Below, piece by piece: positions 1 to 7,091 of a stretch of DNA of 34,439 nt (position 1 is the first letter of the stretch; every line of letters starts with the position of its first letter). The notes under the pieces are model-generated. The model searched no databases. It saw nothing but the letters and a program-made list of their open reading frames with translations, and was not told the DNA's origin. The stretch comes from a virus. Its lineage: Duplodnaviria; Caudoviricetes. Location of the stretch: IMG/VR virus record IMGVR_UViG_3300020220_000175, positions 1 through 34,439 of that record. One strand, given 5' to 3'. Both the position numbers and the translations under genes were made by a program.

Positions 1-135
1 ATGCATCTAGTAGTGATTCCTTCTGTGAGCGGTGAACGAGACGATGCACAAATGTCAAAACTAGCAAGACAGTATAAAAGAACAAGTGGAAATGCTGATG
101 TTATCATGAATGGAACATTCTTTAGAAACAAATAA
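1..135 (+). CDS. 3' end of upstream hypothetical protein (probably partial)
   Basis: Frame 1 is open from base 1 to TAA 133-135 (MHLVVIPSVSGERDDAQ...FFRNK*). Confidence 0.5.
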   Translation: MHLVVIPSVSGERDDAQMSKLARQYKRTSGNADVIMNGTFFRNK

Positions 136-154
136 AACCACCATTTCTGTCATT

Positions 155-162
155 TATAAATA
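155..162 (+). promoter_or_regulatory. T4-type late promoter TATAAATA
   Basis: Exact gp55 consensus 5 nt upstream of ATG 168. Confidence 0.8.
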
Positions 163-167
163 ATATC

Positions 168-365
168 ATGAAGTCATTCAAACAATATCTTTTAGAGGTT
201 GGGGAACAGCTAACTTTTGATTTTGATAAACCAAAAGAACCAGTATATACTGGAACCGCATATTCTCCAGAAACATTAGATGACAGAGAATTTGATAAAC
301 AAATGTATCGTCCCAAGCCTAAACCAAAACCTACACCAAACCCAAAGACAATTAAAGGCAAATGA
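168..365 (+). CDS. Small putative internal head protein
   Basis: N-terminus MKSFKQYLLE resembles the T4 internal-protein capsid-targeting sequence (MKTYQEFIAE). It has a PKPKPKPTPNPK tail, follows a late promoter and has an ATGA overlap with the next gene. Confidence 0.65.
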   Translation: MKSFKQYLLEVGEQLTFDFDKPKEPVYTGTAYSPETLDDREFDKQMYRPKPKPKPTPNPKTIKGK

Positions 366-1984
366 AAACATTTTCATCATATATCAACGAAGCATTAACT
401 CTTCAATACCACGATGAGTTAAATCCTATTTTCTGGGAGAACGATAAACTAAAACCAGAGATTAGAAATCATTTACTATACATTGCAAAGTTCTGGCAAG
501 ATTTTGCAAAAATACCAAACAGTATAATAGAAGATATAATTTTAGTTGGTGGTAATGCAAATTATAATTACACCGAACATTCTGATCTAGACATTCACTT
601 TGTAATTCATAAAGATCAAATGGAAGCTGCGCCTGAGTTCGTTGATGAGTATTTAAAAGATAAGAAAGAACTCTGGTCGAAGATTCATGATGTCAAAGTA
701 AAAGGTCATGATGTTGAACTATATGCTCAAGATGTCAATGACCCATATCAAAAAGATCAAGGGGTGTATAGTTTAAAGAACGATAATTGGTTGGTACATC
801 CCCATCATGTTCGTGTAGATTATGATAATCCACACCTCCTTCACAAGATAGATCACCTTAAACATAGAATTGATGATTTAATTTCTGGTGGAGCAAATGA
901 GTTTTCTTTCAAGACACTCAAAGATAAAATTAAAAACATGAGAGTGGCAGGACTCAAAAAGTCAGGCGAGTTCTCTTATGAAAATTTAGTATTCAAAGAG
1001 TTGCGTAATTCTGGTTATCTTGATAGAATGAATGATCATATGGATCAGATGAAAGACGCATCGTTGTCTTTGAATGAGTATAAACTTACATATAGAAAAC
1101 CATCAAGTTTAGGAAAGAAAGTGGCCGCGGCCGGTCTAGGACTAGCGGCTACTGTTGGTACATTTATGGGAGCAAAGACATTAGGAACATCACTAGGAAC
1201 TGCCTTAAATAGAACACCTCCAGTTCAAACTCAAGTCGCACAAGCACCAACAGTACATCCAAGAAACACAAACCCACTTGGTCAAGTTCAGACTCAGGTG
1301 ACACATACACCAGATGCAAAACCAAAACCAACAACTTCAACTCCATCTGGTATTACTGTTCCCCATGATCTTATCACACAGCATTTAGGAATTGATGCTG
1401 ATACATGGGATGTTTATCGTGGATCATTATCACACATCGAATCTGGTGGAGATTATAGTGTTGCCGGTGGGGCAGGAAACCATTACGATGGTAGATATCA
1501 ATTAGGTCGTGATGCAAAGACAGATGCTGCAAAGGTTATAGGTGTCGATGATCCGGGTCATCATACTTCTGCGAGAAAACAATTTAGAGCAAATCCACAA
1601 ATGCAAGAAGATATGTTAGCAGGATTTACTATTGCCAATCACAGAGTTTTAACAAAACTAAGTCCTCAATATAGAAATCTTCCAAAACATAAACAACTAG
1701 AAGTATTAGCATATAGTCATAATCAGGGCGCCGGTGGCGGAAAGAAATGGTTAGAGACTGGCGCCGTTGGTAAAGATGCTTTTGGCACCAGTGGTACTAA
1801 ATATTCAGATAAACTTAAAGATGATCTAAAAGCACATATGAAATCACAAACGACAATAAAAGAATCTCATGGTTGGCAAGAATATAATTGGAAATTTGGC
1901 GAAAATAGAAAAGCAGCAAAAGATGTTTTGAAGAAACTCAGAAAAAGATTTAATCTTCCTGAAACTTTGCCTGGAGATGAGTAA
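362..1984 (+). CDS. Pol-beta-superfamily nucleotidyltransferase fused via a TM/Pro-Thr linker to a lysozyme-like domain; putative head-packaged protein
   Basis: NTase motif ILVGGNANYNYTEHSDLD plus later VELY; hydrophobic VAAAGLGLAATVGTFMGA; lysozyme/SLT-like HIESGGDY...GRYQLG...AYSHNQGAG; N-terminus MKTFSSYINE. Confidence 0.75.
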   Translation: MKTFSSYINEALTLQYHDELNPIFWENDKLKPEIRNHLLYIAKFWQDFAKIPNSIIEDIILVGGNANYNYTEHSDLDIHFVIHKDQMEAAPEFVDEYLKDKKELWSKIHDVKVKGHDVELYAQDVNDPYQKDQGVYSLKNDNWLVHPHHVRVDYDNPHLLHKIDHLKHRIDDLISGGANEFSFKTLKDKIKNMRVAGLKKSGEFSYENLVFKELRNSGYLDRMNDHMDQMKDASLSLNEYKLTYRKPSSLGKKVAAAGLGLAATVGTFMGAKTLGTSLGTALNRTPPVQTQVAQAPTVHPRNTNPLGQVQTQVTHTPDAKPKPTTSTPSGITVPHDLITQHLGIDADTWDVYRGSLSHIESGGDYSVAGGAGNHYDGRYQLGRDAKTDAAKVIGVDDPGHHTSARKQFRANPQMQEDMLAGFTIANHRVLTKLSPQYRNLPKHKQLEVLAYSHNQGAGGGKKWLETGAVGKDAFGTSGTKYSDKLKDDLKAHMKSQTTIKESHGWQEYNWKFGENRKAAKDVLKKLRKRFNLPETLPGDE

Positions 1985-2313
1985 TGCTGAGATCCGATCA
2001 AGTAGATAGAGAAATATTACTAGGTCATCTTAGTAGAGGAATATGTAAAGTTTTTTTCAGAAAAGCAACTAATGGTAGGTATCGAACAATGTATTGTTCT
2101 CTAAATGAAAAAACACTACCGAGAAAAATAAGAAAATCATTACCAAAAATATTTTCTTTTAATTCAAGAACACTTGAACTGATACCAATCTATGATATAA
2201 TTGAAGGTGAATGGAAGAGTTTCTACATACCTAATGTTTTGTATTTTTATACACCAGAAGATTTGATTGAATCTGAACATGAATATGAAAGAATAAAAGA
2301 ATTTATAACATGA
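1984..2313 (+). CDS. WYL_2/DUF2693-like SH3 beta-barrel protein
   Basis: LSRGICKVFFRKATNGRYRTMYCSL...IYDIIEGEWKSF matches the family pattern (F.K..G..R.M.C.L...D....W.SF). Confidence 0.7.
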   Translation: MLRSDQVDREILLGHLSRGICKVFFRKATNGRYRTMYCSLNEKTLPRKIRKSLPKIFSFNSRTLELIPIYDIIEGEWKSFYIPNVLYFYTPEDLIESEHEYERIKEFIT

Positions 2314-2612
2314 ATATTATTATAACAAAAGATGAAAATTATTTGAATGACGGAATAAAAATTGTATGTGAAGTGTATGATACTACAATCAATCCATCTA
2401 TTTCTTTTAGAAAAGATGAATCTGGAAAAATCGGAATTCATCTTTCTAATTGGTCGTCGCCCGAGAGTGTTGATGTTTACGACGATGACGCTATTTTAGA
2501 ATTACTTGAATCTCTTAATACTGCTAATGATTTGTTGAAGCAGATCAAAACTGATATGTTAAATAATCAGGGAAATCTCTTTCAAGAAAGTGAAAATGTT
2601 CGGGAGAAATAA
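2310..2612 (+). CDS. Hypothetical protein
   Basis: 100-aa ORF with an ATGA overlap with the previous gene. Confidence 0.7.
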   Translation: MNIIITKDENYLNDGIKIVCEVYDTTINPSISFRKDESGKIGIHLSNWSSPESVDVYDDDAILELLESLNTANDLLKQIKTDMLNNQGNLFQESENVREK

Positions 2613-2814
2613 ACAAAACGCACATGACAACGATGATTATATCATCGAACTCATTGAACTGGCCACCCAGGCAGTGTATACTTATGAGCAGTATCTTCTA
2701 GACAAGACAGATAGAAAGACTCTCGCAAAGAAGATGAAGGCTCTCCAACTCCATATCGAAACTCATATGGGCGGAAAGAACAGTGGAAAAAAATCTAATG
2801 GAAATGAAACTTGA
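2596..2814 (+). CDS. Hypothetical protein
   Basis: ORF from ATG 2596 (the track begins at GTG 2590), packed in the operon. Confidence 0.65.
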   Translation: MFGRNKQNAHDNDDYIIELIELATQAVYTYEQYLLDKTDRKTLAKKMKALQLHIETHMGGKNSGKKSNGNET

Positions 2815-3805
2815 TTATTCTGATGTATTGATTCGTCCAAAGCGTTCTAAGTTGACATCCCGTGCAGAAGTAGATCTAACTAGAACTTTTACATTTTTGC
2901 ATAGTAAAAGAAATTGGACTGGAGTTCCGATTGTGGCTGCCAACATGGATACAATTGGTGTCCCCAAGATGGCAAATGCATTTAGTCCATATAGTGCAAT
3001 TACTTGTATGCACAAGTTCATCAGCAAGGACGAATATGATCAAATTCTAAATAAAGAATATATCGCGTTGACTTGCGGACTTGACGAGGCAAGTAGGGAA
3101 AATCTACAAGAGTTTTATAATGAAAATATTCCGTTTATCTGTTTGGATGTAGCAAATGGATACACGGAAGTGTTTGTCGATCTAGTAAAGGAAACAAGAC
3201 AAAAATGGAAGAATGCAATAATCATAGCAGGGAATGTAGTAACGGCGGAAATGACAGAAGCACTACTCCTGTCAGGCGCGGATATAGTCAAGGTTGGAAT
3301 CGGCCCCGGAAGCGTATGCACAACACGCAAGATGACCGGGGTGGGATATCCTCAACTCTCAGCAGTGATGGAGTGTGCCGACGCAGCACACGGTCTGGGA
3401 GGTCATATCATGGCGGATGGTGGGTGCACCTGTCCCGGTGATATCGCAAAGTCCTTCGGAGGCGGCGCAGACTTCGTTATGCTCGGTGGTATGCTTTCCG
3501 GCACCGATGAGTCTGAAGGAACACCAGTATATTCAAATGGTGTTCTAACACACAAAACTTTTTATGGCATGTCGTCGGAGTTTGCCATGAAGAAGCATTT
3601 CGGCGGGATAGCATCTCACCGGGCTAGCGAAGGAAAATTAGTTCAGGTAGATTACAAGGGAAGTGTTAATAATGTCCTGAACGAAATTCTAGGTGGGTTA
3701 CGATCTGCATGTACCTATGTTGGTGCAAGTAGACTTAAGCATCTACCAAAGTGTACTACATTTGTTAGAGTGAATAATCAAATCAATAATATTTTTGGAG
3801 CATGA
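2798..3805 (+). CDS. guaC: GMP reductase
   Basis: KLDYSDVLIRPKRS, AANMDT, CLDVANGY, catalytic loop GIGPGSVCTTR, ADGGCTCPGD, FYGMSS, ASEGK. An alternative GTG start lies at 2783. Confidence 0.95.
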   Translation: MEMKLDYSDVLIRPKRSKLTSRAEVDLTRTFTFLHSKRNWTGVPIVAANMDTIGVPKMANAFSPYSAITCMHKFISKDEYDQILNKEYIALTCGLDEASRENLQEFYNENIPFICLDVANGYTEVFVDLVKETRQKWKNAIIIAGNVVTAEMTEALLLSGADIVKVGIGPGSVCTTRKMTGVGYPQLSAVMECADAAHGLGGHIMADGGCTCPGDIAKSFGGGADFVMLGGMLSGTDESEGTPVYSNGVLTHKTFYGMSSEFAMKKHFGGIASHRASEGKLVQVDYKGSVNNVLNEILGGLRSACTYVGASRLKHLPKCTTFVRVNNQINNIFGA

Positions 3806-3806
3806 A

Positions 3807-3956
3807 ATGAATAAATCAGGAAGAGTCGTAAAGCGTAAGCACCGTAAGAAAATTATCAAGAACCGTAACAAGGCAATTGAAATGCGTAAGGACGCAAAGA
3901 AGAAGACCAGGGAAATGTGGGAGAAGACTGGGGTTATCCCTCCTGCGTTTGTATGA
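3807..3956 (+). CDS. Small basic protein (49 aa), not in the ORF track
   Basis: GGAG SD at 3797-3800; MNKSGRVVKRKHRKKIIKNRNK...PPAFV*; ATGA overlap with the glycosylase gene. Confidence 0.7.
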   Translation: MNKSGRVVKRKHRKKIIKNRNKAIEMRKDAKKKTREMWEKTGVIPPAFV

Positions 3957-4513
3957 ATATCTTCGTACTTGATAACAGTCCAATAGTCGCGGCTCAATCG
4001 CTATGTGACAAGCATGTAGTAAAGATGATTCTTGAGAGTGCTCAACTACTCTCAACTACCCATCGTTATCTTGATGGTTATTATTCTACCAAACTAACAA
4101 AGTCTGGTAGAAAGTATACTACATATCGTCACAACAATCCAATCATCGATGGGTTTCTATATCAATCAACAATGATTAATCATCCTTGTACAATTTGGAC
4201 TAGAGAGACTAATTCAAACTATGATTGGTTAGCATCTCATGCCGTAGAGATGTGTAGTGAATATACTTATCGATATGGCAAGGTTCATACATCAAGCAAT
4301 CTACTTACATGGTTGCAGAAGAATAGACCTGTAAATCTTACAAACGGTCCACTTACGCCATTTGCTCAGGCAATGCCAGACATTTACAAGCACGAAGATG
4401 CTGTAATGGCATATCGTGCCTATTATATTGGTGCAAAGGCACGTTTTGCCAAGTGGAAGAATAATAAGATTCCAGAGTGGTGGACATTGACAAAATCCGC
4501 GAATCTGCTATAA
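3953..4513 (+). CDS. denV: Pyrimidine-dimer DNA glycosylase / endonuclease V family
   Basis: MNIFVLD...CDKHVVKMILESAQLLST...NHPCTIW...EYTYRYGKVH...FAQAMP...AYRAYY. True start is the ATG at 3953. Confidence 0.85.
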   Translation: MNIFVLDNSPIVAAQSLCDKHVVKMILESAQLLSTTHRYLDGYYSTKLTKSGRKYTTYRHNNPIIDGFLYQSTMINHPCTIWTRETNSNYDWLASHAVEMCSEYTYRYGKVHTSSNLLTWLQKNRPVNLTNGPLTPFAQAMPDIYKHEDAVMAYRAYYIGAKARFAKWKNNKIPEWWTLTKSANLL

Positions 4514-4514
4514 T
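4487..4514 (+). promoter_or_regulatory. Sigma70-type promoter
   Basis: TTGACA-N16-TATAAT with extended TG. Confidence 0.75.
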
Positions 4515-4606
4515 TAAAGCATAAGAAAGTAATGGAGTTAAATATGTATCATCTTTAACATAAGTTATTAACTGGTCTACATTGAACCTATCAATGTGTA
4601 TATTAA

Positions 4607-4705
4607 GGGGTTGGCACGGTGTCCCTAACATGTGTTGTGCATCTGTGGTTAAGGTTCAACAGATCATAAAAATAAACCTTGGCGTAAGCGGCATCGCCAA
4701 CCGCA
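4607..4705 (+). ncRNA. Candidate structured ncRNA with an H-type pseudoknot upstream of tRNA-Lys
   Basis: Terminal GGTTGG/CCAACC pairing; interleaved stems ATCTGT/ACAGAT and AAGGTT/AACCTT; extended -10 TGTGTATATT just upstream. Confidence 0.4.
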
Positions 4706-4709
4706 TTTT

Positions 4710-4782
4710 GCCCCCTTAGCTCAGCTGGTAGAGCAGTTGACTTTTAATCAATAGGTCGTAGGTTCGATCCCTACAGGAGGCA
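4710..4782 (+). tRNA. tRNA-Lys(UUU)
   Basis: Cloverleaf with anticodon TTT at 4743-4745, T-loop TTCGATC and one C-A mismatch in the acceptor stem. CCA is not encoded. Confidence 0.95.
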
Positions 4783-4820
4783 TTGAGAAGAACAATCTTA
4801 AGAAAGTTCTTCTCAGAGTA

Positions 4821-4849
4821 TTGACAGAATGGAAACAATCTGCTACAAT
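4821..4849 (+). promoter_or_regulatory. Sigma70-type promoter
   Basis: TTGACA-N17-TACAAT with extended TG. Confidence 0.8.
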
Positions 4850-4932
4850 ACTTGCATAGTAATCGGGACTCAGACACTCGGAATCCCCGGTTTAGATTGA
4901 AGAGTGTATTTAGGAAAGTGAATTTTATCGTT

Positions 4933-5196
4933 ATGCGTAACAACAATCTTAGTAAGAAGCGTCAGGTCATTAATCATCTCGCCCGTGGATGGGGTATTTG
5001 CCCCCGTGAAGCGGCAGAAAAGTACGGTGTGGGTAACCTCCGTGCCACCATCAGCAACATCCGCGAGATGGTCGAAAAGTACGGCAACTGGGAAATCGTG
5101 ACTGACTCCAGTGGTCGCTACTTCATGCGAGACACCCATCCGGGTGAGCGTACCTACGGTTTCCGCCGTGACGGCTCGCGGTTTCAGATCGCCTGA
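4933..5196 (+). CDS. Winged helix-turn-helix protein (HTH_39-like)
   Basis: SKKRQVINHLARG..I.PREAAEKYGVGNLRATISNIRE pattern; GC-rich codons; has its own promoter and terminator. Confidence 0.7.
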   Translation: MRNNNLSKKRQVINHLARGWGICPREAAEKYGVGNLRATISNIREMVEKYGNWEIVTDSSGRYFMRDTHPGERTYGFRRDGSRFQIA

Positions 5197-5216
5197 TACC
5201 AACAACTGAGTGATTC

Positions 5217-5255
5217 GACGGGGCCAGATTCGAAAGGGTCTGGCCCCGTTTCTTT
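5217..5255 (+). terminator. Rho-independent terminator
   Basis: GACGGGGCCAGATTC-GAAA-GGGTCTGGCCCCGTT followed by TCTTT. Confidence 0.9.
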
Positions 5256-5267
5256 CGGGAACTTTCA

Positions 5268-5384
5268 ATGGAAGAAACTTTAAAAGATTACATATCATGG
5301 CCACAATTTATAGGTGTTATGTTTTTCTACACTTTTGTTATAGTTGGTTTGATTGTGATTTTTAGAAGAAAGGACGAAGAATAA
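5268..5384 (+). CDS. Single-TM microprotein (38 aa), not in the ORF track
   Basis: MEETLKDYISWPQFIGVMFFYTFVIVGLIVIFRRKDEE*; TAATG overlap with the next gene. Confidence 0.65.
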   Translation: MEETLKDYISWPQFIGVMFFYTFVIVGLIVIFRRKDEE

Positions 5385-5626
5385 TGTTTCGATTCTACAT
5401 TGACATTCCTCTAAACATGACGGAGCAGGATGCCATCAATAAGTGCCAAGAGCTAATTTCTTTGCTTGAGGCATTTAAGGATAGCGTTCCTGAACTTGGA
5501 TATCGCCTAGGTCACGACGATGACCGGCAAAAGTCCAATTACCTTGTCAAGACCGTTAATGGTCATGTGACTCAAAAGAAATGTAAACTTTCCTTTGAAT
5601 CACCTGTTGACAATTCGACAGAATAG
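5384..5626 (+). CDS. Hypothetical protein
   Basis: 80-aa ORF with AAGGA upstream. Confidence 0.7.
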   Translation: MFRFYIDIPLNMTEQDAINKCQELISLLEAFKDSVPELGYRLGHDDDRQKSNYLVKTVNGHVTQKKCKLSFESPVDNSTE

Positions 5627-5634
5627 TTTACAAT
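5607..5634 (+). promoter_or_regulatory. Sigma70-type promoter for tRNA-Ile
   Basis: TTGACA-N16-TACAAT ending 8 nt before the tRNA. Confidence 0.75.
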
Positions 5635-5642
5635 ACTCACAC

Positions 5643-5713
5643 GCGCCGAGGGCGGACAGCTTCGCAGGGCCGCTTATAACGGCCTAAAACTGGGGCAGCA
5701 CCAGGTCGGCGCA
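5643..5713 (+). tRNA. Non-canonical tRNA-Ile(UAU)
   Basis: Perfect 7-bp acceptor GCGCCGA/TCGGCGC; D-stem GCGG/TCGC; anticodon arm GGCCG-CT TAT AA-CGGCC; T-arm CTGG-GGCAGCA-CCAG; A73. Confidence 0.8.
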
Positions 5714-5715
5714 TT

Positions 5716-5895
5716 ATGGAAACAAAACCTTTGAAGTCAGCAGAAATCGAAACTATGCTTAATGGCGAAACTAATATGCCAGTCTATGTTGTTAACTTTT
5801 ACGAAGATGATATTATCGTAAATGCCAAGACATTCTTCTCATACCGTCTGGCAGAAGATTCAGTCAAGAATTGGTATGATGGAAAGGCCATCTAA
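5716..5895 (+). CDS. Hypothetical protein (59 aa), not in the ORF track
   Basis: METKPLKSAEIETMLNGE...KNWYDGKAI*; TAATG overlap with the next ORF. Confidence 0.6.
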   Translation: METKPLKSAEIETMLNGETNMPVYVVNFYEDDIIVNAKTFFSYRLAEDSVKNWYDGKAI

Positions 5896-6092
5896 TGGCA
5901 AAGCGTAAGATTGACGAAATCGATCTGATGATGGAGCAACAGGCAAATGCAATCGCTCGTCATCGTCAGTTGGCATGCCGTCCTGTTGGTATGGGTAAAG
6001 TCATTACCAAGCAGCGTAAGATGCACAAGGACGGGGCCGCAAGAATTGAGTGCAAGACAATCAAGGAAAGATACGAACGGAGTTTCGTATGA
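5895..6092 (+). CDS. Small basic hypothetical protein
   Basis: 65-aa ORF with GAAAGG SD, coupled on both sides. Confidence 0.65.
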   Translation: MAKRKIDEIDLMMEQQANAIARHRQLACRPVGMGKVITKQRKMHKDGAARIECKTIKERYERSFV

Positions 6093-6355
6093 GTTTTGAA
6101 AATCCTGCATTGAATCGTGAAGAAGAACTTTTGATCGATGATCTCTCTAAAAGAGCTATGACTGAATTGACTCTTGGAGAGAAAGAAGTGAGTGTTCTTC
6201 TCAATAAGGCAATTGATACAATTAAAACAATGGCCCGTGAACGAGCATATTGGCAATTCAAGGCAGAATGCTACAAGAAAGATATCACAAAGCTTTCAAC
6301 AGAACAAGCACTTGAGAAGATGACCAGACTGGATGAAGATATGGGACTACTTTAA
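6089..6355 (+). CDS. Hypothetical helical protein
   Basis: The ATGA overlap puts the start at 6089 (MSFENPALNREEE...). Confidence 0.7.
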   Translation: MSFENPALNREEELLIDDLSKRAMTELTLGEKEVSVLLNKAIDTIKTMARERAYWQFKAECYKKDITKLSTEQALEKMTRLDEDMGLL

Positions 6356-6364
6356 GGAGGTATT

Positions 6365-6457
6365 ATGAGTCGCAAAGGAACACATACAAAGTTTGGGCGC
6401 CGTCGTAAGATGGGTTCAAAGAAGCGTCGTGCAATGAAACTCGCTCGGATGAAGTGA
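6365..6457 (+). CDS. Very basic 30-aa microprotein, not in the ORF track
   Basis: Near-perfect SD TAAGGAGGT; MSRKGTHTKFGRRRKMGSKKRRAMKLARMK*. Confidence 0.7.
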   Translation: MSRKGTHTKFGRRRKMGSKKRRAMKLARMK

Positions 6458-6464
6458 ATTCGAT

Positions 6465-6472
6465 TATAAATA
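6465..6472 (+). promoter_or_regulatory. T4-type late promoter TATAAATA
   Basis: Exact consensus upstream of a GAGGT SD and ATG 6489. Confidence 0.8.
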
Positions 6473-6488
6473 TCCTTTGAGGTACTTT

Positions 6489-7091
6489 ATGAAAACACTC
6501 AGAGGACTTTTAGAATCGTTGGTCAAATCAGGTGCTTGGGGATCTTTACAGGAAAGTTCTGCAAAGACTTTTAGACAAGCAAAGATGCACCAAAAGGGCA
6601 TGAAATCAGAAAACGAAAGAATGTCCATTGCTGTCGGTGAAAGAATAAGACAAGGCCAGGCTGCAAAGAAACGGGATGCCGCAAGAAAAGAGGCAGCAGA
6701 CAAAAAGACTGCTGGTAAAGTTGCGGCAAAGAAACAAGAGGAGCACGCCAAACGATATGAGGGAGAAGTTGAAACTCTCAAAGGTCTAAAAGACGGACAA
6801 GTTGCCTCAGTAGTAGTTAGAACCCAAGAAGGACAACCCGGTGAAGAACACCATGTTGTTCGGCATCAGGGTTCTTTCTTCTTAGTAGGACCAAAGGGCA
6901 ATACTAGAGAAATTTCAGGAAACTTTGGTGGTGTCGCAAAGGGAGCAATCAATGTAACCAATGTGGCAAAAGGCAGAGGAAATGCTAGAGTAATTGCTCA
7001 GATCGAAGCAGGAAAACAGGGCGGAGTTATTAAAAGAGACTTGAATTATACCATGAGTGGTGGTAGAATTAAGATTCACAAGAGAGACTAA
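6489..7091 (+). CDS. Basic putative internal head protein
   Basis: Late promoter; N-terminus MKTLRGLLES...LQES with L-x-E sites; Lys/Ala-rich helix. Confidence 0.65.
   Translation: MKTLRGLLESLVKSGAWGSLQESSAKTFRQAKMHQKGMKSENERMSIAVGERIRQGQAAKKRDAARKEAADKKTAGKVAAKKQEEHAKRYEGEVETLKGLKDGQVASVVVRTQEGQPGEEHHVVRHQGSFFLVGPKGNTREISGNFGGVAKGAINVTNVAKGRGNARVIAQIEAGKQGGVIKRDLNYTMSGGRIKIHKRD

Noticed and set aside
362-1080. NTase as the CCA-adding enzyme for the CCA-less tRNAs and tmRNA
   Set aside because: It lacks the class II GGxVRD/RRD motifs, and a host enzyme can add CCA. No direct support.
4607-4705. Pistol, HDV/theta ribozyme or preQ1-I identity for the pseudoknotted element
   Set aside because: There is no P2 between linker and pseudoknot as pistol requires, no HDV P1/P1.1 arrangement, and no clear preQ1 loop consensus or downstream CDS. 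Left unassigned.
4630-4719. 29-aa ORF MCCASVVKVQQ...
   Set aside because: It has no SD and its stop lies inside tRNA-Lys; an RNA structure explains the region better.
4716-5304. Minus-strand ORFs 4716..4946 and 4870..5304, and the upstream extension from 4852
   Set aside because: They are antisense to tRNA-Lys, the HTH gene and the terminator; 4852 lies at the predicted transcription start.
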